A stretch of 64,000 bases of DNA, taken from the NCBI RefSeq assembly GCF_009914755.1, contig NC_060942.1. The stretch is one strand, 5' to 3'. Position 1 is the stretch's first letter. Every line of letters begins with the position of its first letter. A program made the translations under genes and the position numbers. Source of the DNA: the human T2T-CHM13v2.0 reference genome, Homo sapiens. The notes beneath the pieces are model-generated. The model ran no database searches and had not been told where the DNA came from. It saw only the letters and a list, made by a program, of their open reading frames with translations. Of this stretch, positions 1 to 14,495 are shown in pieces.

Positions 1-990
1 CACTGAGCATAAATACTTTTAGAATCATATGTTTGTTCCTTTTTATTATTGAGCATTATTCCATTGCACAGATATAGCACAATTTGTTTATTCACTCTCA
101 TGTTAACAGACACTTGTGTTGTTTCTAAAAGTTTTTGGCTATTTCAAATAAAGCTGCTATGAAGAATCACGTAACAGCTTATGTATGGGCGTGTGCTTTC
201 ATTTCTTCTTATTATTTTTTTATTATTTTTTTTTTTGAAACTCCTGGGCTCAAGCAATCCTCCTGCCTTGGACTCCCAAAGTGCTGAGATGACAGGCGTG
301 AGTCACTGCTTTCATTTCTCTTCAGTAAACACTTGGGAATAAAATGGCTAGGTCAAATTGTAAATATATGTTTAACTTTTTTTTTTCCCTTGAGACAAAG
401 TCTTGCTCTGTTGCCCAGGCTGCAGTGCAGTCGTACGATCACGGCTTACTGCAGCCTTGACCTCCTGGGCTCAAGTGATCCTCCCACCTCAGCCTCCTGA
501 GCAGCTGGGACCACAGGTGAGAGCCAGCATGCCAGCTAAGTTTTAAATTTTTCGTAGAGATGGGGGGATCTCAGTATGTTGCCCAGGCTGGTCTCGAACT
601 CCTGGGTTCAAGTGATTCTCCTGCCTTGGCCTCCCAAAGTGCTGGGATTACAGGTGTAAGCCACTGTGCCCAGCCATGTTTAACTTTTTCAGAAACTGAC
701 AAACTAGTTGTTTTCCAAAATTGTTGTACAACTTTACATTCCCACCAGCAATATATGAGAGTTTCAGTGGCTCTAATTCTCAGCAACACCTGGCATTGTC
801 AATCTTTCAAACTTCATCTGAAGTGGGTGTGTACTGGTAGCTTGTTGTGATTTTAATATAATTTCCCTAATGACTAATATTATTGAGTATCTTTCCATAG
901 GCTTACTGATCTACCATTTGTATGGATTTAATTTTTTAATTAGATTGTGTTCTTGTCACAGAACCATAATGGTTCTTAATATATTCTAGA
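1..990 (-). mobile_element. Old L1M 3' fragments interrupted by Alus
   Basis: Antisense L1-typical text (AATAAAGCTGCTATGAA, TTACATTCCCACCAGCAATATATGAGAGTT); ORF 571..789 is L1 ORF2 C-terminus-like ([18 protein letters not shown]). Confidence 0.75.
377..676 (-). mobile_element. AluJ-like element (with a further partial Alu at about 226-309)
   Basis: Poly-T head followed by antisense Alu dimer consensus. Confidence 0.9.
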
Positions 991-992
991 TG

Positions 993-1776
993 CAGGCATA
1001 CCACATCTTATTGTGCTTTACTTGATTGCTCTTCGCAGATTTATTTTTGCAAGGTGACAGTTTGAAGCAACCCAGCATTGAGCAAGTATATTGGTGCTAT
1101 TTTTCCAACAATATGTGCTCACTTCATGTCTCTGTGTCATATTTTGTAATTCTTGCAATTATTTCAAACTTTTTCATTACTATTGTCAGTTATGTTGATC
1201 TACGATCAGTGATCTTTGATGTTATGATTGTAATTGTTTTGAGACAATTCCATATAAGACAGCAAACTTAATAAATGTGTGTGTTCCGACGGTTCCACCA
1301 ACTGGCCATCCCCCATCTCTCTCCCTCTCCTTGGGCCTTGCTATTCCAAAACACAACTAAATTGAAATTAGGACAATTAATAACCCTACAATGGCATCCT
1401 AAGTGTTCAAGTGAAAGAAAGACTCATGTGTCTCTCATTTTAACTCAAAAGTTAGAGATGATTAAGCTTAGTGAAGAAGGCATTTTGAAAGCCAAGACAG
1501 GCTGAAAGCTAGGCCTCTTGTTTTAAACAGTTATCCAGTTTGTAAATGCAAAGGAAAAGTTCTTGAAGAAAATTAAAAGTGTTACTCCAGTGAATACATG
1601 AATGATAATAAAGTTAAACAGTCTTATTGCTGATATGAAGAAAATTTGAGTGGTCTGGATAGAAGATCAAACCAGCCACAACATTTCCTCAAGCCAAAGC
1701 CTAATCCAGAGTTTAAGACCCTAACTCTCTTCAATCTATGAAGGCTGAGAGAGGTAAGGAAGCTGCAGAAGCGAAG
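993..1776 (+). mobile_element. Tigger1 DNA transposon 5' fragment
   Basis: Starts CAGGCATACC like the Tigger1 terminus; ORF 1275..1505 retains the transposase N-terminus KCSSERK...QKLEMIKLSEEG. Confidence 0.88.
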
Positions 1777-1779
1777 TCA

Positions 1780-3030
1780 GTATCTATAAAAAAGCATGAT
1801 GACATTCTGTTTGGAATGGAGTTAAATCCACAGACCAACTGGGGAAGAACTGATAACAATATTTAGTCTCTCTGTCCAGGAATACAGTATAACTCTCCAT
1901 TTATTTAGGTCTTCTTTAATTTCCCTCAGCAATGTTCTGTAGTTTCAAATTAATAGGTCTTGTACATCATTTTTAAATACCATCTTTACAAATTTCATAT
2001 TTTTGGTACTATTGTAATGTTATTTTTTATTTCAATTTCTCCTTGTTAATTCTTAAATCAACATTGATCTTTATATATTGACCCTGTACCCTGCAACACT
2101 GATCAACTGTTACGGTGGCTTTTGTGTATATGCTTTTTAACTTTCTGGAGATAATTAGGTTATCTATGAATAAAGACAATTGTACTTCTTGTCAATCTTT
2201 ATGTATTTTATTTACATCTTATGCTTTTTGTATTATCTAGAACCTCCAGTATGATGTGGAATAGAAGTGATTACAGCAGAAATCCTTGCCTTGTTTCCAA
2301 TATTAGGATGAATGCTGTTAGTTTTCCAGGTTTTTGTAGATTCCCTCTAGTAGGCTGAGAAAGTTTCCTTTTACTCCTAATATGCTGACAGCTTTAAATC
2401 ATGAATGGATGTTGGATTTTGTCAAATACTTTTTGTTGTATCTACTGAGATAATTATGATCATCTGATTTTTCTGGCCTGTTAATGTGGTGAATTAATAT
2501 TTTGGCCTGTTAATGTGGTGAATTAATATTGATTAAATTTCAAATGTTAAACGCATCTTACATTCCCAGAATAAACCCCACTTAGTCATTAAGTATTATC
2601 CTTTCTACATATTGTTGGTCTTAGTTAAAATTTTACCATTTTTTGCAGCAAAGTTTATGAAAGATATAAGACTATAATTTTCTTTTCTTATATCTTTCTG
2701 TGGTTTTGGTATCAGACAATGAGTTGGGAAATGCTGTTCCTTCTTGTACTTTTTGGAAGAGTTTGTGTAAAATTTGTATTATTTCTTCCTTTATCGAATA
2801 ACAAAATTCACCAATGAAACCACTGGCTTGGGGTTTTCTTTGTGACAAGGTTTTCAACCATATATCCAATGTCTTCACATATATAGATACAGATAAACAC
2901 ATATAGATATTCAGGTTATCTATTACTTCTTAAGTAAGCTTTCGTAGTTTTTAAGGAATTTATCCATTTGTCCATTTCATCCTAATTGTCAAATTTATTG
3001 ACTAAAATTGTCCATAATATTTACCTATTA
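1780..3030 (-). mobile_element. Old L1M ORF2 fragment
   Basis: ORF 2672..2902 (GFIGEFCYSIKEEIIQILHKLFQKVQEG..FPNS) is decayed L1 ORF2. Confidence 0.85.
2474..2530 (+). repeat. 29-bp tandem duplication inside L1
   Basis: TGGCCTGTTAATGTGGTGAATTAATATT starts at both 2474 and 2503. Confidence 0.92.
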
Positions 3031-4009
3031 TCCCTTTTTCCTGTCCTGCAGTCCAGGATCCAGTCTAAGGGCAAGTATCACATTAGTTATTCAAAATAAG
3101 TCATTTTTCAAGTACTTAATTCCTTTCAGTTAGATCTTAAATTCTATCCAGAGCTAAAGTACATATGGCATATTTAGATTTACAGATGTTCACTTTGATT
3201 TAAACACCTCCTCTTTATCATGGAAATAAATCTTAGTACTCTAATATGTACTTACACATATGTACTTAACTTAGTACTCTAATAATGTACTTAACTTATA
3301 AGTACATTAAGATGTATTTGTAAATGCAAATGTGCATTTGTAAATGCAAATGTATATTTGTAAATTGTAAATGTAAATGCAAATGTATATTTGCATTTAC
3401 AAATAACTCCCTGGGCTCATGTTCTTTCTTGTCCCATTTGCCACTGCACTGCTTTGCTAAGTTAAGTATCAAAGTTTATGTGTTAAAAGATAATATAAAT
3501 TTTCCAAGGTTTACTGAAGTAACAAAACATTTTATTTCAGAACTTTGACCATCTTAAAGTTATAATAGCCAACACAAAAATCTAGTTCTGTTACATAATA
3601 AGAGTGGATTCTAGTAAAGCCACTGTTACTGTTTCCTTATCCATAAAAAAAGACACTGTCAGCCCTACTCCATTACAGAAGTATTATGGGAAATAAGTAG
3701 ACTCCCCAATGACACCATACGAACATAAAATATTAGCAATACTAAAAATAACTAGATTGTGAAGCAACCCAACTCATATTTTTAAAATCAACCTGTAAAT
3801 AGTTGACTTTACATTATGCTGAAGAAAGCAATAGAAGAGACAAAGATATATTTTCCTGCCAAATTGGTAATTAAGATTGGGACTTCTTATTGGTGATCCA
3901 AATCATGCAAATAAACTCTGTAAATAACAAGCATTTTGACAATAACTCTATTCAGCCATTTATTAGGTTACGGTCTACAAAATTTTAAAACGCAACTTGG
4001 TGTCTATTC

Positions 4010-4288
4010 TGTTTATTTATTTTTGAGACAGTAGCCTCACTCTGCCACCCAGGCTGGAGTGCAACAGCACAATTTCCGAGCCTCAGACAATCCTCCCACC
4101 TCAGCCTCCCTAGTAGCCGGGACCACAAGGTGTGCCACTACACCTGGCTAATTTTATTTTACTTTTTCTAGAGACTGGGTCTCACTGTGTCACCCAGGCT
4201 GGTCTTGAACTCCTGGGCTGAAGCAATCCTCTCACCTCAGCCTCCCAAAAAGTGCTGGGATTACATGTGTAAGCCATTGCACCCAGCC
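4010..4288 (-). mobile_element. AluJ-like element with TSD TTGGTGTCTATT
   Basis: Antisense Alu flanked by a direct repeat near 3997 and 4289. Confidence 0.88.
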
Positions 4289-4319
4289 TTGGTGTCTATT
4301 TTGGATGCACTTGGAGATC

Positions 4320-4490
4320 ATGTCCTTAGCGGATTCTGGCATTAGGTACATTACTAAAATTACCCAAACTTTGTATTTCTTACCTGTAAAATGCAGATAA
4401 TACTGATGAACTATAAAAATGGTTGTGAGGATTAGAATAAACGTATGTCAAGTACCTAGCCCAACACTTGGCACTCAGTAAATGATAACA
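4320..4490 (+). mobile_element. MIR fragment
   Basis: CTGTAAAATG...GGTTGTGAGGATTA core. Confidence 0.65.
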
Positions 4491-4688
4491 CTTCAGTTTT
4501 GCTTCACAAAGATAAATTAAACATTATGAAATAAGAATAGTCATATGGTCACTAAATTCTGCCAATTCAACCACCTAATTAATTCTCTCCCTTCATCCTT
4601 TCCAATTGGAACACAAGGAAGAGCAACAAATAGGGGGCAAAAGCTAAAAAGCCTTCCATAATTTCACTATTAAAACTGATCATTTCTC

Positions 4689-4980
4689 GGCCGGGTGCGG
4701 TGGCTTACGCCTGTAATCTCAGCACTTTGGGAGGCCAAGGAGGGCAGATCACGAAGTCAGGAGTTCGAGACCAGCCTGACCAATGTGGTGAAACCCCATC
4801 TCTACTAAAAATACAAAAATTAGCTGGGCATGGTGGCGGGCACCTGTAATCCCAGCTACTCAGGAGGCTGAGGCAGGAAAATCGCTTGAATCTGGGAGGC
4901 GGAGTTTACAGTGAACCAAGATCATGCCACTGCACTCCAGCCTGGGCGACAAAGCGAGACTCCAACTCAAAAAAAAAAAA
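4689..4980 (+). mobile_element. AluS element with TSD AAAACTGATCATTTCTC
   Basis: Full dimer with A tail and a 17-bp duplication at 4672-4688 and 4979-4995. Confidence 0.95.
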
Positions 4981-5759
4981 AACTGATCATTTCTCATCTT
5001 CTCATTGTCTGCCTTAGAAACACTTCCATGGTAGCTCCTAGTTCACTGCTGTAATTACTTACTTTTTCAGTTTTACATACCAAATTATATGATCTTTTAG
5101 ACACACTCCCAGTCACTTCTATATTCACAACATTCTTCCACCTGTGACTGACCCATTAATAGCTCCTTAGTAAATGTTTATTGCCTATATGAAGAAATGG
5201 CATATTATAAAGCAAAGGCAATTGAGTTAAACTTTGAGTTCACAAAAGAACAAGCTGAAGGCCAGAGACATGAAATGAGGTCTCAGCTCATACTGTTATT
5301 TAATATGCAGCAGTAAAAATCTAATTAGGCGAGATGAATGAGTAAACAATTATAAAGACTTAACTACCATCATAGACACATTTACTTTTAACCATTGCAT
5401 TATCCAATAGAAGCTTATATTATTCATATTTTCTCTGATCCTATTAAATTCCCAATATTATTAATTAATTAAATCGGTTAAATTAATGCTAATGCATTAT
5501 TTTTAAAAGTGGTTTAGGTAAGCACAATATTTTTAAAAACATACATAGCAACTAGCTGAACAGAAAAATGAATGTCCTATACAATTACTTAGTTCCTATA
5601 AAAATCATGGCTACGAGACAATGAGACCATTTTTAAACTGTCATGCAATTCAATCCCCTCCCCCTCAAAAAAGCTTTTAAGAGGATCTGAAAACAACTCC
5701 CCTAATCAAATTAATAAAATTTCTTGATTACAGACTCACAGTGTTCATTACTAAACATG

Positions 5760-5871
5760 AATGACATAAACATTATATATATTAGATATATATTATAAAT
5801 ATATATTTTTATATATAATAAATATATATATTTAATATAATATATCTAATATATATAATGTTTATGTCATT
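5760..5871. repeat. AT-rich inverted repeat with 32-bp perfect arms
   Basis: 5760-5791 is the exact reverse complement of 5840-5871. Confidence 0.93.
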
Positions 5872-7089
5872 ATATATATAAAACTCAGTGTCCAGTTGAG
5901 TTTTGTTTTCAAAGGAACTCGTGTTTTCACTTCTCCACATTCACTGCCATCACCTAAGTCCATTATTTTTCACCTGGACCTCTTCAACAACTTCCAAATG
6001 GTTTCCCTACCAAACTGCAGAAAACTACACAATGTAAGTTTCTCCCTTCATCTAAAGTAATTACATATTTTACTCTACAAATTGTAGTACATTTCACTTG
6101 TTTACTATACTTCATTCTAATTGTTCTTCAGGAATTTTATACACAGGTACTGACCCCAAAACTCAGATTAAAGGTTAAAACTCTTTAACCCATTCCCCAT
6201 AAAATTTCCATTTTCTTCCCTTTCAATGTAAATTAGATTACATCTTTTCCCTTCTTAAAGTCTGTGAGTAGCTTTCCATTGTTCCAAGAGTAATATCCTG
6301 TGTTCTTCCACTACCTCCGTGGCCCTGCATACCTCTCTCACCTCATTATGGCATCCCACCTTGGGCTCCCAAAGTGCTGGGATTACAGGTGTAAGCCACC
6401 ACACCCGGCCAAATGCATGTTTCTAATATGTATCCTCAGACTAGAATATAAGCTAGAATGAAGGCAATGACTGTGTTTCTGTTCACTCATGCTCACCACC
6501 TAACGGCATAGTGCAGTCACTTTATGATTCATTGGTGGAATGAGTATATATTTGAACTTTATTTATTTTCCCCCAGTTCACTAAAAAGTACAGTTAATGC
6601 AGCATCAAGTCAAAGAGAAATTTTACTTATTTTGGGGAATATGGCAGGAAGAGAGCTAATAAAAAGTCCTTGAAAGCTTCTAAAATTCCCCCTAGGTATC
6701 TTAGGAACCATCATTAGCTAATTAATCTTTCCAATTAGGAAGTACAGGCTCTATTGTCTCAAATTTCAGATAAAGAAAAGGTAAGAAATGAACAAGAAGT
6801 TTCAGGCAATTTTTATTTTTAAATAACTTATTTAATGAGATATATAACTAGGCTATAAAAGAGTATCTAAAATTCCAGAAAGGAAAATCAAGTGAGAATA
6901 TAATTGATAATTTTCTCTAACATTATGTTAGAGAGAATTGCTTTATCAAGTAATGACTTATTATCCTTATCTCTACCAGAATACAATGAGATATTAATGA
7001 GTTTAGAATCCCATATCTCTTTTTTACAGAATAATTTCAATTAATTCAGGTAGCAGGAATGAGGGAGATATAAAATTACAACTAGGCAA

Positions 7090-7740
7090 ACATCACAGTA
7101 ATTATTGCCACCAAGATCCATTGATAAATGCTAAAATCAATGGATCAAAGTTTCAGGGAAACAGGATATTTGCAGTCTTAAAGAAACTTCTCCAAATATT
7201 TATTCCTTACAAAGGGAAAAATACTAACAATGGAGAAAATAGTCAGACACCATTTAACCAAGTGGTCATGGTTAACACAACCAATAGTAAGACATACTAA
7301 CATCATGTAACCCTGACCAGATGCACCGAGAAAGGCAAAACATGGTAGTCTTGGCAAAAGAACATGTGGTATTCTTGTTAAAAATGTATAATCTCAATCT
7401 AATAATGGTAATATATCAGATAGACCCAAATTGAGACAGCCTACAAAATAATGGACAAGTACTCTGTAAAAGAATGGAGGAGGTTAAAGAGACTTACCTA
7501 AACACAACAAGGGAAACTGGATGAGAAAATAGTGGAAAAACTAGTTAACTTCAACTAAGATCTGTAGTTAATAGTATTATACAAATACTAATGTACTGGT
7601 TTTGATAATTATACGATGTTTACATAAGATGTTTACATTAGGTGAAGTTGAGTAAAGGGTGTACTGGAACTCTGTACTGTTTTTGCAACTTTTCCACAGA
7701 TCTAAACATTATTTTTAAATAAAAAGTAAAAAAAAAAAAT
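7090..7740 (+). mobile_element. Old L1MC/MD-type 3' end
   Basis: Ends GAACTCTGTACTGTTTTTGCAACTTTTC...AAATAAAAAG + A-run. Confidence 0.7.
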
Positions 7741-7929
7741 TGGAGTCTGAATCTATACTCAAAAGATACACTGTTGTAATTATAAACCACCGCAAGTTTT
7801 ATGGATAGCTCTGATTTCAGGTAACCTTTGTTCTTGTCAAACATGATTTGCTAAACTTACAGACTATCAGTGATTTAATGTTCACATTGGCATAAACCAT
7901 ATTAAAAAGCTTATGAATTAAAGATGGTG

Positions 7930-8760
7930 TCCCATAGGTCCCTATGGTTTTGTTCACTTTTCTTCATTTCTTTTTCTTTCTGCTTCTATAATTGCAATTG
8001 CCCCATTTTCAGGTTCATTGACTCTTTCTTCCACCTGTTCAAATTTGCTGCTGAATCCCTCTTGTGAACAGTTTGTTTCAATTATTGTACTGCTAAGCTC
8101 CAGTATTTCTATTTGGTTCATTCTAATAATTTATATCTCTTTTGATGCTCTTATCTCGTTCATACATCACTTTCCTGACTTCCTTTAATTCTGTGTCTAT
8201 GGTTTCCCATAGCATTTTGACATATTTAAGACAGATGATTAACGTCTTTGTCTACTAAGTCCAATGTCAGGACTTCCTCAAGGGTGGCTTCCACAAATTT
8301 GTTTATTTTTTTCTGTGAATATGCCATCCTTTCCTGAGTCTTTATATGCTTTTTTGTAACTTTCTGTTGAAATTTATATTTCGAATATTATAATGCAGTA
8401 ATTCTAGAAATCAGATTCCAGAATTCTGGCATTTTCTTTTGATTTTTGAAGGGTTCAGCCTTTTGTTTAGTAACTTTTCCAAACTATTTTTGCAAAGACT
8501 TTATTCCTTTTGTTTATGGTCATTAAAGTCTCTGTTTTGTTATCTTACTGATCAGCCAATGGCAGATTTAGATTTCCTTAAATGCCTAAAACAAAAACAA
8601 ATAGTACTCTCCCAAGTTTTTGTAGTCTGGCTCTCAGCTGAAGTACTCTCACACTAAGCTTGGCCACCTACACTTCTGCCTTAGCCTTCACCTTCTGCTT
8701 GTCTAGTGCTCACAGATCTTCCAAAGGTAGAAGCGTAGGCACCTCTCAGGATCTTTCTGG
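7930..8760 (-). mobile_element. Old L1 ORF1-region fragment
   Basis: T-rich antisense L1 ORF1-like text; subfamily unresolved. Confidence 0.55.
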
Positions 8761-9264
8761 GAATGCATTACATGTAATTTTTGCGGGGGATAAAGATGGG
8801 ACAAAATTCAGCCTCTACATTGGTCACTCAGGAAACCACTAGACAGATCAAAATGCACAACCACAGTATTTTAAGAACAAAGTCCATACTAAATACAAGC
8901 AAGTCACACCAGAAATGTGGGCCATAGTCCCCACAGCTGCTGCCATTGCCACAATGGTGAATGAGGATGGTAATCCAGTGGATTAAATGCCACAGCACTC
9001 TGAAATTCAGCTGCCCTCTTCTTCATTATGCAGTCTCCTGGTTGCTGTAAATGTCAGACCAGATTTTAGAATCCCAAAACAGTTGATCCTGTCACTCTGC
9101 CCCCTTATGCTTGTTTCAGTGGAGGAACTAACCCTTATAATAAACCACCGTACTCTGCCATTTTCGGTAATGTCACCTAGAGATTGTGTTCTTAACCACT
9201 TCAACATTTACTAAAAATACACAAACCTACGATGTGAAGTAAAACCAGCCAAAACTGTAAGACA

Positions 9265-9372
9265 GAGCTGGTAGTCCCAGCTACTTAGGAGGGTGAGGCG
9301 AGAGGATTGCTTGAGCCTAGGAATTCAAGGCTAGCCTGGGAACATAGCAAGACCCACTTAAAAAAAAAAAAG
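9265..9372 (+). mobile_element. Alu monomer (FLAM/FRAM-like) with TSD AAAACTGTAAGA
   Basis: Monomer consensus with A tail and flanking direct repeat. Confidence 0.8.
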
Positions 9373-9659
9373 AAGAGGAGGAAAGAAAAACTGTAAGATA
9401 GTACTTGGAGCCTGCACACAAGATTATCAGATAAACTATTAAGCCATATAATTAGCACTAGTTCATTTGCTTATTATTCTGGGGTATATATTTTTTCATC
9501 AAGATTTATGTCATTTTTAATTGTAAACTCTATGTGACTTTACAAAATCCCATATGAGAACTAATTTTCAAATTTTCTCATGGCAAGTAGACTAGAGGTT
9601 ATTAGTTCTTTAGATGATTCCTGCCCACTTGAGTTCAAAATCTTTTATCTGTATCTCAC

Positions 9660-10170
9660 ATCCTTTTTCTGTTCCAGAAACTCTACCAGGATACCACAGG
9701 GCAGCTAGTCACCATATCTCCTTAGGCTTCTCTTGGCTGTGATAATTTCTCAGACTTTGCTTGTTTTGATGACCTTGTGAGTTTTGAGGAGTACTGGTCA
9801 GAGATTTTGTATAATGTCTTGCTATTGGGATTTATCTGATGTTTTTCTCATGGTAAGTCTGGGGTTATGGGTTCAGGAGAGGAAACATACATACATAAAG
9901 TACCATTTTCTTCACATCATATTAAGGGTACTGTCAACATGACTTACTAAACTGTTAATATAAAACTTGACCACTTGGCTGAGGCGGTTTGTTCAGTTTG
10001 TCCTCTGTAAAGTTCACTGTAAAGTTTCTCCATGTAAATGTTCCCCCATTTCATACTATAGTTTTTGGTAGGAAGTCACTACGTGCAGCCAACACTTAAA
10101 GAGTGAGGAGTTACACTCCACCTCCTGAGATGACGAGGCACCTACATAAATTGATGTTCTTCTGTATGAA
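9660..10170 (-). mobile_element. L1MC-type 3'UTR fragment
   Basis: TTGATGACCTTG..GTTTTGAGGAGTACTGGTCAG signature. Confidence 0.7.
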
Positions 10171-10219
10171 GAGTATATATGTTAAACCCAGTCAATTGTG
10201 TAATTAAAAGCCATCTGTC

Positions 10220-10530
10220 GGTCAGGCCTGATGGCTCACACCTGTAATCCTAGCACTTTATGAGGCCAAGGCAGGTGGATCACTTGAGCTCAGGAGTTTG
10301 AGACCAGCCTGGGCAATGTGGTGAAACCCCATCTCTACAAAAAATGCAAAAAAATTAGTCAGGCATGGTGGCACATGCCTGTAGTCCCAGCTACTTGTGG
10401 GGCTGAGGCAGGAGGATTGCTTGAACCCCGGAGATCGAGGCTGCCAGTGAGCTGAGATCACGCCACTGCACTCCAGCCTGGGTGACAAAGTGAGACCCTG
10501 TCTCAAAATAAATAAATACATACATAAATA
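10220..10530 (+). mobile_element. Alu element with TSD AAAAGCCATCTGTC
   Basis: Full dimer with (TAAA/TACA) tail and flanking duplication. Confidence 0.93.
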
Positions 10531-12254
10531 AAAGCCATCTGTCATTCTACAAGATTACATTAATATTATAATCATCATCATTTCCACTCCTGCTTTCCCC
10601 ACCTTACTTGAAATTAATTTTTACCAGTATAGATGCAAAGCCATTATTTCTTTTATAAGCTTATTCTAATCAGTAATACCAAAAAAGCCTTATAAATGAT
10701 CTCAAACATTCAAGACCTATATTCTATTATATGACTCTATTACAATTTAATTGAACACTATCCTGCTGATCAACATCACTCGCAGTTGTCATGATTACAA
10801 ATAATATGGCAATTAAGCTGCTCTCTTATGGTAAAGGTGGAGATTTTTAGAATTTTTACAAACTGTAGAGTAGTGACCCATAACAAAATAATTTCATGGA
10901 CTGCAATTAGCCTTCTTTCCTTTTTTTAAAAAATGAAATAGAATACAGTACAATAGGATCGGATAAAATATAGAATATATCACATCACAAAGTACTTCAG
11001 AAGTAGTACATGATTATTTTGAAAAAGTGTGTTTTTTTCCTGTGTATCCACGCATCAATATTCTTGCATGTACATAACCTGTACTGAAAGTTTTATTTTA
11101 AATTATTCTATGGACCAATAAGATTGAAAGCCACCTCTATAAGTGGAATTGCTCTAATAAACAAAATTTTCAACTTTACAAGTGACTGGCAAAGTGTCCA
11201 TACTAATTTACATACTCTCCAGCAATGTACGAAAGCTTCTATATCTCTAAATCCCCCTAATTGCTTGATACTGTCATATTTACCTTAAGACAATTTGAAC
11301 AGGCCAAATTGGCATCCTGTTATTTGAATATGTGTTTGCCTGATTACTAGTGAGTATGAAAATTTTTTCATGTTTTTATTGGCCAATTGGGTCTCTCTTC
11401 CTTTCAACTGCCTATTCATATCCTTTGATCAGATAGGATTAGGGTTATTGACCTTTTATTTGACTTGTACATTACAATTATATGTGTGTGTATGTTTATA
11501 TAGTGTGTGTATGTTTATACATAGCTAGATATACACATTTATATATAAATGTTGTTCATAGGGCCTTTTGTTAAAATAAATTTTTCAACTTTAATACAGT
11601 AAAATTTGTCAAACATTTATCCTTTCTGGTGTGAGTTTTTTGTGTCTTGTACTATAGAAGAAAACTTTCCTGGTTCTTATGTCACATATATTCTTCTAAT
11701 AGTTTTAGATTTTTGTTTTTTACCTTTCATTATTTAAAATTTATTTGTGTTGGTTTGTGTCCTCTGAAACAAAAATAATTATTTGTATATGGTGTGAGGT
11801 AGACATCAGCTTATGTTTTTAACCAGCTCACAAGTATTAGTACTGCTACTAGTGTAGAATTTACTATGATAAAATTACACATCAGAAAGAAAAAGGTTTT
11901 AAACCTTTACATTCAAATCTTGGCTTTTGCTATTTGTAATAATAAAAAATTGGAAACAATATCTAACCATAGGGAACAGATAAATTGTTTATTCATAATG
12001 AAATACCATATTTCTGAAAAGGATACATCTCATAAATATCAGTATTAATAAAAAAAATTTTAAACATCTATTGCCCTTTTCTCCCCAACACAGTCAAACT
12101 TCTTGAAAAGGCTGAATGTGACCTCTTTTTTTTCCTGACCACCTAAATCTCAAACAACTTAAACCTTATTGTCATTACTTCATAAGAAAGTAAAGACAGT
12201 TAACAGTGCAAAATCTAATAGCTATTTTTTAGTCTTCATTTTCTAAGCAACCTA

Positions 12255-14495
<2,241 letters not shown>

